Part shown: one piece after another, positions 12,980-25,152 of the stretch
Layout: every line of letters begins with the position of its first letter
Position numbering within the stretch: position 1 is the stretch's first letter
Assembly: GCF_009914755.1 (NCBI RefSeq)
Contig: NC_060934.1
DNA: 64,000 bases
Origin: the human T2T-CHM13v2.0 reference genome, Homo sapiens
Strand: one strand, 5' to 3'
The notes under the pieces: model-generated
Told to the model about the DNA's origin: nothing
The model's database searches: none
The model's input: the letters and a program-made list of their open reading frames with translations, nothing else
Translations under genes and position numbers: made by a program

Positions 12980-13101
12980 AAGGGTCTTGTTAACGTACAC
13001 ATTGTGATTCAGCAGGTCTGGGGTGGGGCCTGAGATCCTGCATTTCTAATAAGCACCCAAGGGGTATTGCTAACCTGAGGACAACACTCTGAGTACCAAG
13101 G
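12980..13101. mobile_element. MER5 (MER5B-like) hAT-Charlie MITE
   Basis: tgattcagcaggtctggggtggggcctgagatcctgcatttctaataagc...acactctgagtaccaagg. Confidence 0.85.
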
Positions 13102-13104
13102 GAC

Positions 13105-13150
13105 CAGATCATCCAAAAAACCTCCAGCTAAAATACTTAGGAACTCTGGA

Positions 13151-13198
<48 letters not shown>

Positions 13199-14150
13199 AG
13201 TAATAAATATGTATATATAAGTAAATTATATTTACTTATATATATATTACTTATATTATATATATATATATATATTTAAAAATCCATTTAAACCCTTATC
13301 TGAGCTCCCTGCAAAATAAATAAATTCTCATGGGGCATGAAATGGGGGTGGGAAGGGAATAAAAAAACAAAACAAAAGCAACCACTCCAGCTAGATTTGC
13401 TAGTCATTGAGGCCTAAGAGACATATAAGGTGGAAGAGAAGGGCATGGGCCCACACATGTTGAAAAGAGTTGATGGGAATTAACACTCTCACACAAAGTC
13501 AGGACCACCAGATGATTAAAGCATATATAAAAGTGTGAAAAATCTTCTTATGGATACAAGGTGAAAAGGAACAAAAGCCCATCTTATTCTGTGTAGCACA
13601 TGGGGAAAAATCCTTTCCTGATAATTTGTAGCTATTACCTTGACCTCCTATAGCTTTGAGTTCCAATTTATATGCTTGTCACTGTCTTGGAATTCCAAAG
13701 CAGAGAATAATACAAACATGATCCCAAGTCAATGATAACCCTAAAGCCAAAAGTAAACCTCACTTCCTCAAGTTAGGCCAGCCAAGAATCTCACAGATAA
13801 AATTCTACTAAAGATGAGCTTACAATGGGAAGGTATTAAAAATATAAATAAATAATATAGCATGAGCAAAAGTCAGCAAATAGTAAATAGCAGGCTTATA
13901 TGTCCAAGAACTTCAAATAATAAAATGATTTGAAGCTATAAAATAAACATGCTTAACATGATTAAAGACATCAGAGAGAGGAGTATGAAAAAGCAACAAT
14001 ATATTATATAGTTAGATTTATTTGAAAAATAACCAAATATAATATTTAAAAATTATAATACTTTAAATTAAAAATTGTAGTTAACATAAGATAACAGATT
14101 AGACACAGCTGAAGAGAGAATTATTGCAGTGGAAGACAGAGCTAGAGAGG
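13105..14150 (+). mobile_element. Ancient L1M/HAL1-type 5' and ORF1 region
   Basis: aagatgagcttacaa...catgagcaaaagtcagc...ccaagaacttcaaataa...agattagacacagctgaagagagaatt resembles an ORF1 coiled-coil region. Confidence 0.6.
13153..13276. repeat. (AT)20 microsatellite plus AT-rich inverted repeat
   Basis: Perfect (AT)n at 13153-13192, then a palindrome centred at 13228. Confidence 0.95.
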
Positions 14151-14154
14151 GTGA

Positions 14155-14432
14155 GAAATGGAAGGTTGCAACTGAAAGTTATATTTTTTGTGTCTGGGAG
14201 CAACATTAATTGAGAGAGGCTAACGGTGCAGAAAAAGAAAGAATATCTGAGGGACCAGAGTCCCAAAGGAGGATGGAAGGTTGGGATTCAGATACAAGTA
14301 GAAGGATTAACCTGTATCAGAAGAGCAATACCTTCCAGGGGTAAAGAAAGCAAAAGTAAGCATGAGTCAGACAGCTTCTAGGCAGAAATAAAGCAAGTTA
14401 TTATCTAATGACTTCACTTTTACTGTGAACTA
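14155..14432 (-). mobile_element. L2 internal fragment
   Basis: ttgggattcagatacaagtagaaggattaacc...taatgacttcacttttactgtgaac. Confidence 0.5.
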
Positions 14433-14437
14433 AAAAC

Positions 14438-14650
14438 AATTTATTCCACACATAATATGTGCCAGGTCATTTTGTTAGAGCTTCTCATATATTACCACAT
14501 TGACTCTTTATGCCTAAAGACAGATGTAAATATTAGTATTATCTTCATTTTACAAGTGAGAAAACTAAAACCTGGCCAGTTAAGTAAGTTACTTAAGGTT
14601 CCACTGCATGTAAGTGAAAATAAAAAGATTCAAATCCAGTCAGTCTACTG
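14438..14650 (-). mobile_element. MIR SINE
   Basis: attatcttcattttacaagtgagaaaactaaa...gttaagtaagttacttaaggttccac. Confidence 0.8.
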
Positions 14651-15388
14651 TGTGGAAAGACATACAAGCAGGTTCTATGCTGAGTAGGGGAGAAATGGAA
14701 GAAGAGGGCAAGAGAATAGAGAAACCACCAGAAAGGAGCAGCAGAGAGAAGGCCAGACTTGCCCTAAGTAAAAATGGCCCAACTGAGGCTTGAGGACAAT
14801 GCATTTTCTACAGAATCCTTTCTTTAAGGATACCAATAGAAGACTATGCTTGATACAAACTCTTTGTAGAACAATTAGTAATGCTTTTTGGACATTAAGG
14901 TCAGTATAATCTCTTTGTAGTGCAAATTTTCAGTGTCCAGTGAAATTGAAGCATACAACACTACAATACAGCCGACACAGGCTTTTTTTTTTCTATCCAA
15001 GCTAAATTTTTCTCATGGCACAAGGAGATGTCTACAGGGAACTCATAGATATTTGCACTTGTTTTAGTCTGCCTTCCTGTATATTCTATCTATAGTCCCC
15101 GTAGAACCATGGTTGAGTCTCAAATCATGTGATAGAAATACAATCCACAATTTCACAGTCCTCCCCCACACTCCCCACCTGCAACTTTCCCTAGAACAAC
15201 ACCAATTTCAGCCACGTGGTCACTCTCATATGATACCAACATTTTTTCTAACCTGTACACTTTTCTCCATTTTCTGCTGTTACACTGTCCACCTCCAGGC
15301 TCCTGCCTGGACTCCAGTGGTAGCCTCCCACTGGTCTCTTGGTTTCTACACTTTCCCATTTAAATTATCAGAATAGTTAGTGTTAACC

Positions 15389-16381
15389 TTTTTTTTTTTA
15401 AAAAAAGACTTTATTTTTAAGGCAGTTTTAGGTTCAAAGCAAAATTAAGAGGAAGGTACAGAGATTTCCCACCCACCCCCTCCCCCTGCACATGCAGAGC
15501 CTCCTCTATTCTCAACATTCCCCACCAGAGTGGTACATTTGTTACCACTGATGAACCTACTTTGACACACCATCTTCATCCAAAGTCCATAGTTTACATT
15601 AGGGTTCATTCTTGGTTTTGTACATTATATGGGTTTGTATAAGAATATAATGACATGTGTCCCCCACTAGTATCCTACCCAGTATTTTTGTTGACCTAAA
15701 AAATTCTCTGTGCTCTGCCTATTTTTGCCTGTCTACCCCTTAACCCCTGAGAACTACTGATCTTTTTACTGTCTCTATAATTTTGCCTTTTACAAAATGT
15801 CATATACTGAAATTGTACCATATGCAGCCTTTTCGAATTGCCTACTTTCTTAGCAATATGCATTTCAGGTTGCACCATGTCTTTTTGTGGCTTGATAGAT
15901 CATTTCTTCTTATTGTTGAATAATATTCCATTGTCTGGATGTACCACAGTCTATTTATCCATTCGTCCACTGAAGAACATCTTGGTTGCTTCCAAGGTTT
16001 GGCAATTATGAATAAGGCTGCTATGAACTTCTATTTGCCGGGTTTTGTGCAAACATAAGTTTTCAAGTCGTTTGTATAAATATCAAAAAATGCAATTACT
16101 AAATTATATGATAAGAGTGTGTTTAGTGTTGCAAGAAACTGCCAGACTGTCTTCCAAAGTACCATTTTGCATTCCCATCAGCAATGAATGAGAGTTGCTC
16201 TTGCTCCACATCCTCTACCAGCATTTGGTGTTGTCAGTGTTCCAGATTTCGGCTGCTCTAATATGTGTGTCATTGTTTTAATCTGTATTTCTCTAATGAC
16301 ATAGGATTTGTTGCATGTTTTCATGGGCTTATTTACCATCTGCATACCTTCTTGGGTGACATGTCTGTTTTTAGTTGGGTT
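15389..16381 (-). mobile_element. L1MC1-like 3' end inserted into an L2
   Basis: Poly(T) start; ccagagtggtacatttgttac...caaagtccatagtttacattagggttca; degenerate TSD gttagtgttaacctttt / gttactgtaaactttt; L2(+) sequence on both flanks. Confidence 0.85.
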
Positions 16382-16596
16382 GTTACTGTAAACTTTTTAG
16401 AATATTAACTAGATCATGACATTTCCCTGCTGAAAACCCTCCAGTAAATTCACATCACATATAAAGTAAAAAGCAACTTTTTATCTGGTATATTAACCCA
16501 TACTCAACTTGCCCCTGCCTAGTCTTTAGCAATGTATTTTTCTCCAGAAACATTGGCTTTATTTCTGTTCCTCAAAGCCACCTGCTTGTTCTTGCC

Positions 16597-16925
16597 CATG
16601 GCTGGAACTAGAATGAGGTCCCGAGGGCACGAAATGTAAAGCACCAAGGTGCTTACTTTCAGGGGCTGGCTCTACACTCACATAGTCCTGGGGCTCAGTG
16701 CTCCTTAAGAGTAAGGTGCCCAGGTGCAAAGTGTAAGGAGGTGCTCACTCTTAGGCTCCTGCAAGTGCAGGGTCAGCCCCCAAGAGTGAGTGACTTTTTA
16801 TTAGATTAGTGCGAAAGTAATTGCGGTTTTTACCATTGCTTTCAATGGCAAAACCGCAATTACTTTTGCACCAATCAAATACATTTAGTTTCCTCGATAC
16901 CTTATATTAACGGTAATCCTGGTTC
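16597..16925. mobile_element. MER96/MER96B-like hAT element interrupted by MADE1
   Basis: ggctggaactagaatgagg...gcaaagtgtaaggaggtgctcactcttagg...tgcaagtgcagggtcag...gagtgagtg. Confidence 0.7.
16801..16879. mobile_element. MADE1 mariner MITE (miR-548-type hairpin)
   Basis: ttagattagtgcgaaagtaattgcggtttttaccatt...aatggcaaaaccgcaattacttttgcaccaatcaaa; long terminal inverted repeats (TIRs); TA on both sides. Confidence 0.95.
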
Positions 16926-17788
16926 AGATCCTACCCTGGTATATTCGCTAAAGGGGATCTAATCCTCCTTTCTCATTGCCTTTTCCCTGTTCCTTTTCTT
17001 TTGATTGGCTCCTAAATTTTCAGACCTGCATTCGAATGCTAAATGTCATATCCCAGGTCTTCCCAGAAACACTCATATGCTGTGTAGAGTCACCCATGCA
17101 TTCTTTTTTTCCCCATCTCTCCTTCAAACAACTATCACCGTTTGAAATGATCTTTTTTCTCAAATTTGTTTTGGTTGTTATTGTTGTTCTCCTGACAAAA
17201 TGTGAGGAAGGAGGAATGTGCTGAACATTGAAGGATTCCGCTCTGGGAATTAAATTGGAATACTGACTTCATGGAAATGATTGTTTCCAATCCTGCTGCT
17301 GGAGGATGTGATCTTCCAGAACCTAAACTGGGCTTGGGGACTAAGAGTGTGTAAGTGATCACATCAAAATCCGTCCCAGCTGCAGGTGATGTAGAGAATA
17401 TTGCCTGGATCTGGTCTTGGGTAGCGGGGGATGGGAGGGACTACAAAGGGGCCTGCTTTGAAAACAGCAGGATAAGAGCCAATTCTGGAATCTTCATCCT
17501 ATTCTAGAGAATTTGGCAGGGCCGGGGAGGAGGAGCAGGGGGTATGGGAAGAAATAACCAAGTTAAGGAGACAGATGGCTACAACAATAGGAAAAAAAAA
17601 AAAAAGAGTGGCTGAATAATCGAAGCCCTTCAGAGCAAAGAAGTGATAAATGTAACCTGTGCCTCAGAGGGACACAAGAGGCTTAGTAGGCAAAAATCAA
17701 CCTGCTATATTATCTGTGCTGGAGTTCAGGGATTGTGTGAGGGGTGTGTGCATGCCTGTGTGTGTTCATGTCTCTGTGTGTGTGTGTA

Positions 17789-18617
17789 TGTGGAACAACT
17801 CAAACTATTTTTCCTCAGCTCTCACACCACAACAACAAACACAGATTTCTGTGACCAAATATTGAATGGGTGGTTCCCATATACCAAGCAAGCAATCATT
17901 TCTGCAGCAGACACCAGCTGGACATCCTCTAATTCAATTCTGAAGCTACCTGCCTGGAGATAGCGTCAGATCCCACAGCTTGAGAGCTGGGATCCACAAG
18001 ACTGCCCCTCCCTCACCCCATCGTCAAAAGTTGGGGCTTCTGGATCTTCTGGCAGGCTTCAAGTTAGTGCCCCCATGACTCCCTCTTTAAGTTTGATTAA
18101 TTTGCTACAGTGGCTCAGAGAACTCAGGGAAACACTTACTTAATGTTTACCAGTTTATGATGAAGGAGATTACAAATGATACAGATGAAGAGATGCATAG
18201 GGCAAGGTATGGGGGAAGGGCACAGAGCTCCCATACCTTCCTGGGTGTGCTGCCCTCTAGGAACCTCCACGTGTTCAGCTATCTGGAAGCTGTCCCAAAC
18301 CGGACCTTTTGGGGTTTTATGGAAGCCTCATTAAGCAGGCATGGCTGATTAAATCATTGGCCGTTGGTGATCAGCTCAACTTTCAGCCCTTCTCCCCTCC
18401 TTTGGTTTGGGGAGTGGGGCTGTATGTCCCAATCCTCTAATCAGCCTTTGTCCTTCCTGGTGACCAGCCCCCATCCTGAAGCTACCTAGAGGCTGCTAGC
18501 CATCAGTTAATCATTAGCATACAAAAAGACATCACTTAAGAGGTTCTAAGGATTGTAGGAGTTGTATGCATGCAGGAAAGTGGTACTGAAGAAGGATATA
18601 TATTACACAATATCGCA
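17789..18617 (-). mobile_element. MER21-family solo LTR (MER21A/B-like)
   Basis: TG...CA; cagacaccagctggacatcctctaattcaattc...ggagatagcgtcagatcccacag...gaactcagggaaacacttac; inserted in a TG-rich tract, flanks gtgta/gtgtg. Confidence 0.85.
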
Positions 18618-18711
18618 GTGTGTGTGTGTTGCTTCCCCACAAAATTGCCTAGACAACCTAGAGCTATATTAGGACCTCCAGAGAGCCCCAAGTCTTGAAA
18701 TAATTGTAGAG

Positions 18712-18777
18712 GGCTGGGTGTGGTGGCTCATGCCTATAATCCCAGCACTCTGGGAGGCTGAGGCGGGCAGATCACAG
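18712..18777 (+). mobile_element. Alu 5' fragment (~65 nt) fused to L1
   Basis: ggctgggtgtggtggctcatgcctataatcccagcactctgggaggctgaggcgggcagatcac followed directly by L1 ORF2 sequence. Confidence 0.9.
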
Positions 18778-20736
18778 GGAACCAAAAAAGAGCTCGTATA
18801 GCCAAGACAATCCTAAGCAAAAAGAACAAAGCTAGAGGCATCATGCTACCTGACTTCAAACTATATTACAAGGCTGTAGTAACCAAAACGGCATAGTACT
18901 AGTACCAAAGCAGATATATAGACCAATGGAATAGAGCAGAGGCCTCAGAAATAACACCACACATCTATAACCATCTGTCTGATCTTTGACAAACCTGACA
19001 AAAACAAGCAATGGGGAAAGGATTCCCTATTTAACAAATGCCATTGGGAAAACTGGCTAGCCGTATGTGGAAAACTGAAACTGAACCCCTTCCTTACACC
19101 TTATACAAACAAAAATTAACTCAAGATGGATTAAAGACTTAAATGTAAGACCTAAAACCATAAAAACCCTAGAAGAAAACCTAGGCAATACCATTCAGGA
19201 CATAGGCATGGGCAAAGACTTCATGACTAAAACACCAAAAGCAATGGCAACAAAAGCCAAAATTGACAAATGGGATCTAATTAAACTAACGAGCTTATGC
19301 ACAGCAAAAGAAAAGATCATCAGAATGAACAGGCAACCTACAGAATAGGAGAAAATTTTTGCAATCTATCCATCTAACAAAGGGCTAATATCCAGAATCT
19401 GCTAAGGGAGGAGACCACCCCTCATATTGTCTTATGCCCAATTTCTGCCTCCAAAGAAAGAAGTAAAAACTAAAAGGTGGAAATGAAATCCACAGGGAGA
19501 CAGCCCGGCACCACACCCTGGGCCTGGTTAAATATTGACCTCTGACCTAACAGGTTATGTTACCTATAGATTCCAGACATTGTATGGAAAAGCATTATGA
19601 AAATCCCTGTCCTGTTCTGTTCCGTTCTGATTACCAGTGCATGCAGCCCCCAGTTGTGTACCCCCTGCTTGCTCAATCAATCATGACCCTCTCACACAGA
19701 CCCCCTTAGAGTTGTAAGCCCTTAAAAGGACAGGAATTGCTCACTTGGGCAGCTCAGTTGTTAGAGATGAGAGTCTTGCTGAAGCTCCCAGCCAAATAAA
19801 GCCCTTCCTTCTTTAACTCGGTGTCTGAGGGTTTTTGTCTGTGGCTTGTCCTGCCACACTACAAAGAACAAATTTACAAGAAAAAAACAAACAACCCCAT
19901 CAAAAAGTGGGCAAAGGATATGAACAGACACTTCTCAAAAGAAGACATTTATGTGGCCAACAAACATACAAAACAAAGCTCCTCATTGCTCATCATTAGA
20001 GAAATGCAAATCAAAACCACAATGAGATACCATCTCACACCAGTTAGAATGGTGATCATTAAAAAGTCAGGAAACAATAGATGCTGGAGAGGATGTGGAG
20101 AAATAGGAATGCTTTTACACTGCTGGTGAGAGTGTAAATTAGTTCAACCATTGTGGAAGACAGTGTGGCGATTCCTCAAGGATCTAGAACCAGAAATACC
20201 ATTTGACCTAGCAATGCCATTATTGGGTATATACCCAAAGGATTATAAATCTTTCTACTATAAAGACACATGCACATGTATGTTTATTGCAGCACTGTTC
20301 ACAGTAGCAAAGACTTGGAACCAACCCAAATGCCCATCAGTGATAGACTGGATAAAGAAAATGTGGCACATATACACTGTGGAATACTATGCAGGCATAA
20401 AAAAGGATGAGTTCATGTCCTTTGCAGGGACATGGATGAAGCTGGAAACCATCATTCTCAGTAAACTAACACAGGAACAGAAAACCAACCACAGGATGTG
20501 CTCACTCATAAGTGGGAGTTGAACAATGAGAACACATGGGCACGGGGAGGGGAACATCACACACTGGGGACTGTCAGGGAGCAGGGGGCTAGAGAACGGA
20601 TGCATTAGAATCCATCTAATGTAGATGATGAGTTGATGGGTGCAGCAAACCACCATGGCATGTGTATACCTATGCAACAAACCTGCATGTTTTGCACATG
20701 TATCCCAGAACTTAAAGTATACTAATAAGAGACAGA
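18778..20736 (+). mobile_element. L1PA7-like 3' portion (ORF2 C-terminus and 3'UTR), interrupted by LTR2
   Basis: ORF2p remnants [15 protein letters not shown]...[15 protein letters not shown] and KTWNQPKCPS; 3'UTR gcagcaaaccaccatggc...gtatcccagaacttaaagtat. Confidence 0.95.
19403..19858 (+). mobile_element. LTR2 (HERV-E) solo LTR
   Basis: Starts taagggaggagaccacccctcatattgtcttatgccc, ends cctgccaca; AATAAA at 19795-19800; 4-bp TSD ctgc/ctac in L1 agaatctacaaag. Confidence 0.92.
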
Positions 20737-21160
20737 AAAAAATTGTAGTGTTCCTAACATATGTGCCTCAAAAATTAAAATAATACTACACTATAAGAAG
20801 TACTCCCCAAATTTATTCATGATGATATTTATCAATTAAATTCTTCTTTCGATATAATTGTTAATTCACATGCACTCATAAGAATAACACAGAGAGACCC
20901 TGCATGTTATTTTTCTGGTTTCCTTTGATGATAATACTTTGTGAAACCATAGTACATTATCACAGCCAGGAGATTGATATTAATACAGTCCATTGATCTT
21001 GCTTTGATTTCTCCAGTTTTACTTGTACTCCACTGTGTACGCATATTCAGTTCTATGCAATTTCATCACATGTGTGGACTTGTGCATCCACCACCAGAGT
21101 CAAGATACAGAACAGTTTATCACCACCATGATCCCTTGCATTGCCTTTTTATAATCATGC

Positions 21161-21717
21161 TGTAGGAGGTTCCAGGGATTTGCAGGCTGATCAGGGAAAA
21201 GGCATGACCACGAGACAGTAGACCACACAAGCTTTAGTAGGTAAATGACTTTATTAGGCAAGTTTGTGCATTGGGCAGCTCCCTCACAGCAAGAGCCTGT
21301 CTAGATGCTAGGACATGAGGGTTAGTACTCAAAAGGGGAGGAGGGCAAAGGAGCTCCATGGGAAAAGTGGAATTGCAAGGGGGCTGTGTGTCTAGCTGAT
21401 GTCCCTTAGCAGCAAAGAGGGAGTCTGCAGGTCATAGAGCTCTGAAAGGCACAGTGACTTGGGATCTTTATGACACAGAGGCTTATCTTATCTGTAACTA
21501 GCAGACATTGGATGCAGTTTCATGGGGCATTAAAAACAGGCAGGCTGTAAATGACTCAAAATCTGCTTATTTGAACGATGTTTAAAACTGCTAAGTGTGT
21601 AAAAATTTAAATTTGGTGCTGGTGGACTGTTGTGCTAATGGTTCTCAGCCTATCATGGAGAAATAAACAACCTAGGGGTCAACAGACAGAGGCCACCCTT
21701 GGCTCATTTATATGACA
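21161..21717 (-). mobile_element. Solo LTR (LTR55-like, tentative)
   Basis: TG...CA-bounded 557-bp insert in L1; minus-strand AATAAA near 21250; flanks catgc/catat; family name from memory. Confidence 0.65.
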
Positions 21718-21832
21718 CATATGCTCTGCCTTCCTGCCACTATGTCCACTGCCTCTTTTCTTGTCAACCACTAATCTCATCTCCATTTCCATTTTTTTAT
21801 TTCAAGAATGTTATATAAATGGAATCACAGAG

Positions 21833-22027
21833 TTGGGGGTCTCACTGTCACCCAGCCTGGAGTGCAGTGGTGCAATCATAGCTTACTGAAGCCTTGGATT
21901 CCTGGGCTCAAGCAATCTTCCTGCTTTGGTCTCTCAAGCAGCTGAGATGACAGGTGTGCACTGCCATGCCCAGCTAATTAATTTTTTTGTTTTATTAGAG
22001 ATGAGGTCTTGCTTTGTTGCCCAGGCT
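21833..22027 (-). mobile_element. AluJ-like fragment, tailless and 5'-truncated
   Basis: Right arm plus ~35 nt of left arm (caatcatagcttactgaagccttggattcctgggctcaagc); no poly(T). Confidence 0.85.
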
Positions 22028-22250
22028 TACATATAACCTTTTGAAATTGACTTTTTCATCTGGCATAACTCTATGGAGCTCCATTCAAGTTGTGTGCTAT
22101 GTCGATAGGGTGTTCCCTTTCATTGTTGAGTAATATTCTATGACAAGAAGGTACCACAGCTTGTTTAACCATTTGTCAATTGAAAAACATCGGGATCAGT
22201 TCCAGTTTTTTTTCACTACTATAAATAAAGCTATTACGAATATTAATGTA

Positions 22251-22553
<303 letters not shown>

Positions 22554-24042
22554 TTAATGTATAGGATTTTATATAAATATACATTTCCATTTATCCAGGA
22601 TAACAAGGGATGCAATTGCTAAGTCATAAGGCAATTGCACATTTAGTTTTTTTTAAATAAAGAAACTGCCGAACTGTTTTCCCAGGGTAGCACTACCATT
22701 TTGCATCCCCGCTGCAATGTATGAATGATTCAGTTTCTCTGCATCCTTGTTAGGATTTGGTGCTGTCACTACTTTTTATTTTAAGCCTTTTGATAAATGT
22801 GTAATGATATCTTCTTTTCAAATTATTAATAGCCTTTATTTTTTGAGCAGCTTTAGGTTCATAATTAATTTGAGCAGAATGGACAGAGTTCCAATATGTT
22901 CCTGCAACTGTAAGTACCCAGCCTCCCTCACCATCAATATTCCACACTAGAGTGATACATTTGCTACACTTGAGGAACCGACATTAACATGTTATTATCA
23001 TCCAAAGTCCATAGTTACATTAGGGTTCACTCGGTTCTGTACATGCTATGGATTTTGACACATATACAATGGCATGTCTCCATAATCATAGTACCATATA
23101 GAATAATTTCCGTTCCATAAAAATCCTCTATGCTATGCCTATTTATCCCTCTCCTACCCCAACCTTTGGCAACACTGAGGTTTTTATTGTCTTCATAGTT
23201 TTGGTTCTTCCAGAATATCATATAGTTGAAATCACAGCCTTTTCAGATTGGCTTCTTTCATTGAGTAATATGCATTTAGGGTTTCTCCATGAATTTTGTG
23301 ACTTGATAGCTCATTTTTTTGTTGTTTAATAATATTTCATTGTCTGGATGCATTATGGTTTATTTATTTATTCATCTACCAGTGGACATCCTGGTTGCTT
23401 CCAAGTTTAGGCAATTATGAACAGAGCTGCTCTAAGCATCTGTGTGCTGCAGGGTTTTGTGTGGACATGAGCTTGCATCTCATTTGTGTAAATATCAAGG
23501 AGCACAATTTCTGGATTATATGGTAAGAGTGTGCTTAGTTTTCTAAGACACTGCTGAACTGTCTTCCAAAGTAGCCGTACCACTTTGCATTCCCACCAGC
23601 AATGAATATTGACTGTATTTATGAGAAATGCTTTTGCTTCGTGCCCTCACCAGCATTTGGTGTTGTCAGTGTTCTGGATTTTGGCCATTCTAATGGGTGT
23701 GTAATGGTATCTCATTTGTTGTTGGAATTTGCATTCCTCTGATGACACAGGATGTGGAGTGTCTTTTCATATGCATATTTGCCATCTGTATATCTTCTTT
23801 GGTTAGATGTTCGGATATTTTGCCAATTTTTAAAATCGAATTGTTCATTTTCTTACGGTTGAGATTTTAAAGTGTTTTGTATATTCTGGATATAGTCCTT
23901 TGTCAGATACGTCTCTTGTAAATATTTTCTCCCAGTCTGTGTCTTTTGAAGAGTAGAAAATTTTAATCTTAATAAAGTCCAGTTTGTCAACTTTTTTTCA
24001 TGGAGGTGCCTTTGTTTTATCTCTAAAAAATATCACCATACT

Positions 24043-24248
<206 letters not shown>

Positions 24249-24786
24249 ATCACCATACTGAAGGTCACTTAGATTTTGTCTTATAGTATATTCAAAGAGC
24301 TTTATAGTTTTGTATTGCACATTTAAGCCTATGATCCATTGTGAGATAATTTTTGTGAAAGGTATAAGGTCTGTGTCAATATTCTTTTTTTGTTTTATAT
24401 GGATATCCAGTTCCAGCACCACTTGTTGAAAAGACTATTATTGCTCCACTCTGTTGTCTTTACACCTTTGTCAAAGGTTCGTTGACTATATTTATGTGGG
24501 TCTATTTCTGGGCTCTCTGTTCTGTTCCATTGATCTATTTTGCCAATACACACCATCTTGACTACAGTAGCTTTCTAGTGAGTCTAGAAGTCAGATAATG
24601 TCAGTCCTCTGACTATTATTCTTCAATATTTAGTTCACTAATCTTGATCTTTTGCCTCTCCATATAAACTTTAGAATCAGTTTGCCAGTACCCACAAGAC
24701 AACTTGCTTGGATTTGGATTGGGATGGTTCTGAATCTACAGATCAAGTTGGGAAAAACTAACATCTTTATCTCTCCATTTACTTAG

Positions 24787-25152
<366 letters not shown>

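Noticed and set aside
19821-20522. 102-aa and 123-aa ORFs with clear protein-like sequence
   Set aside because: Broken C-terminal remnants of L1 ORF2p, not a host gene
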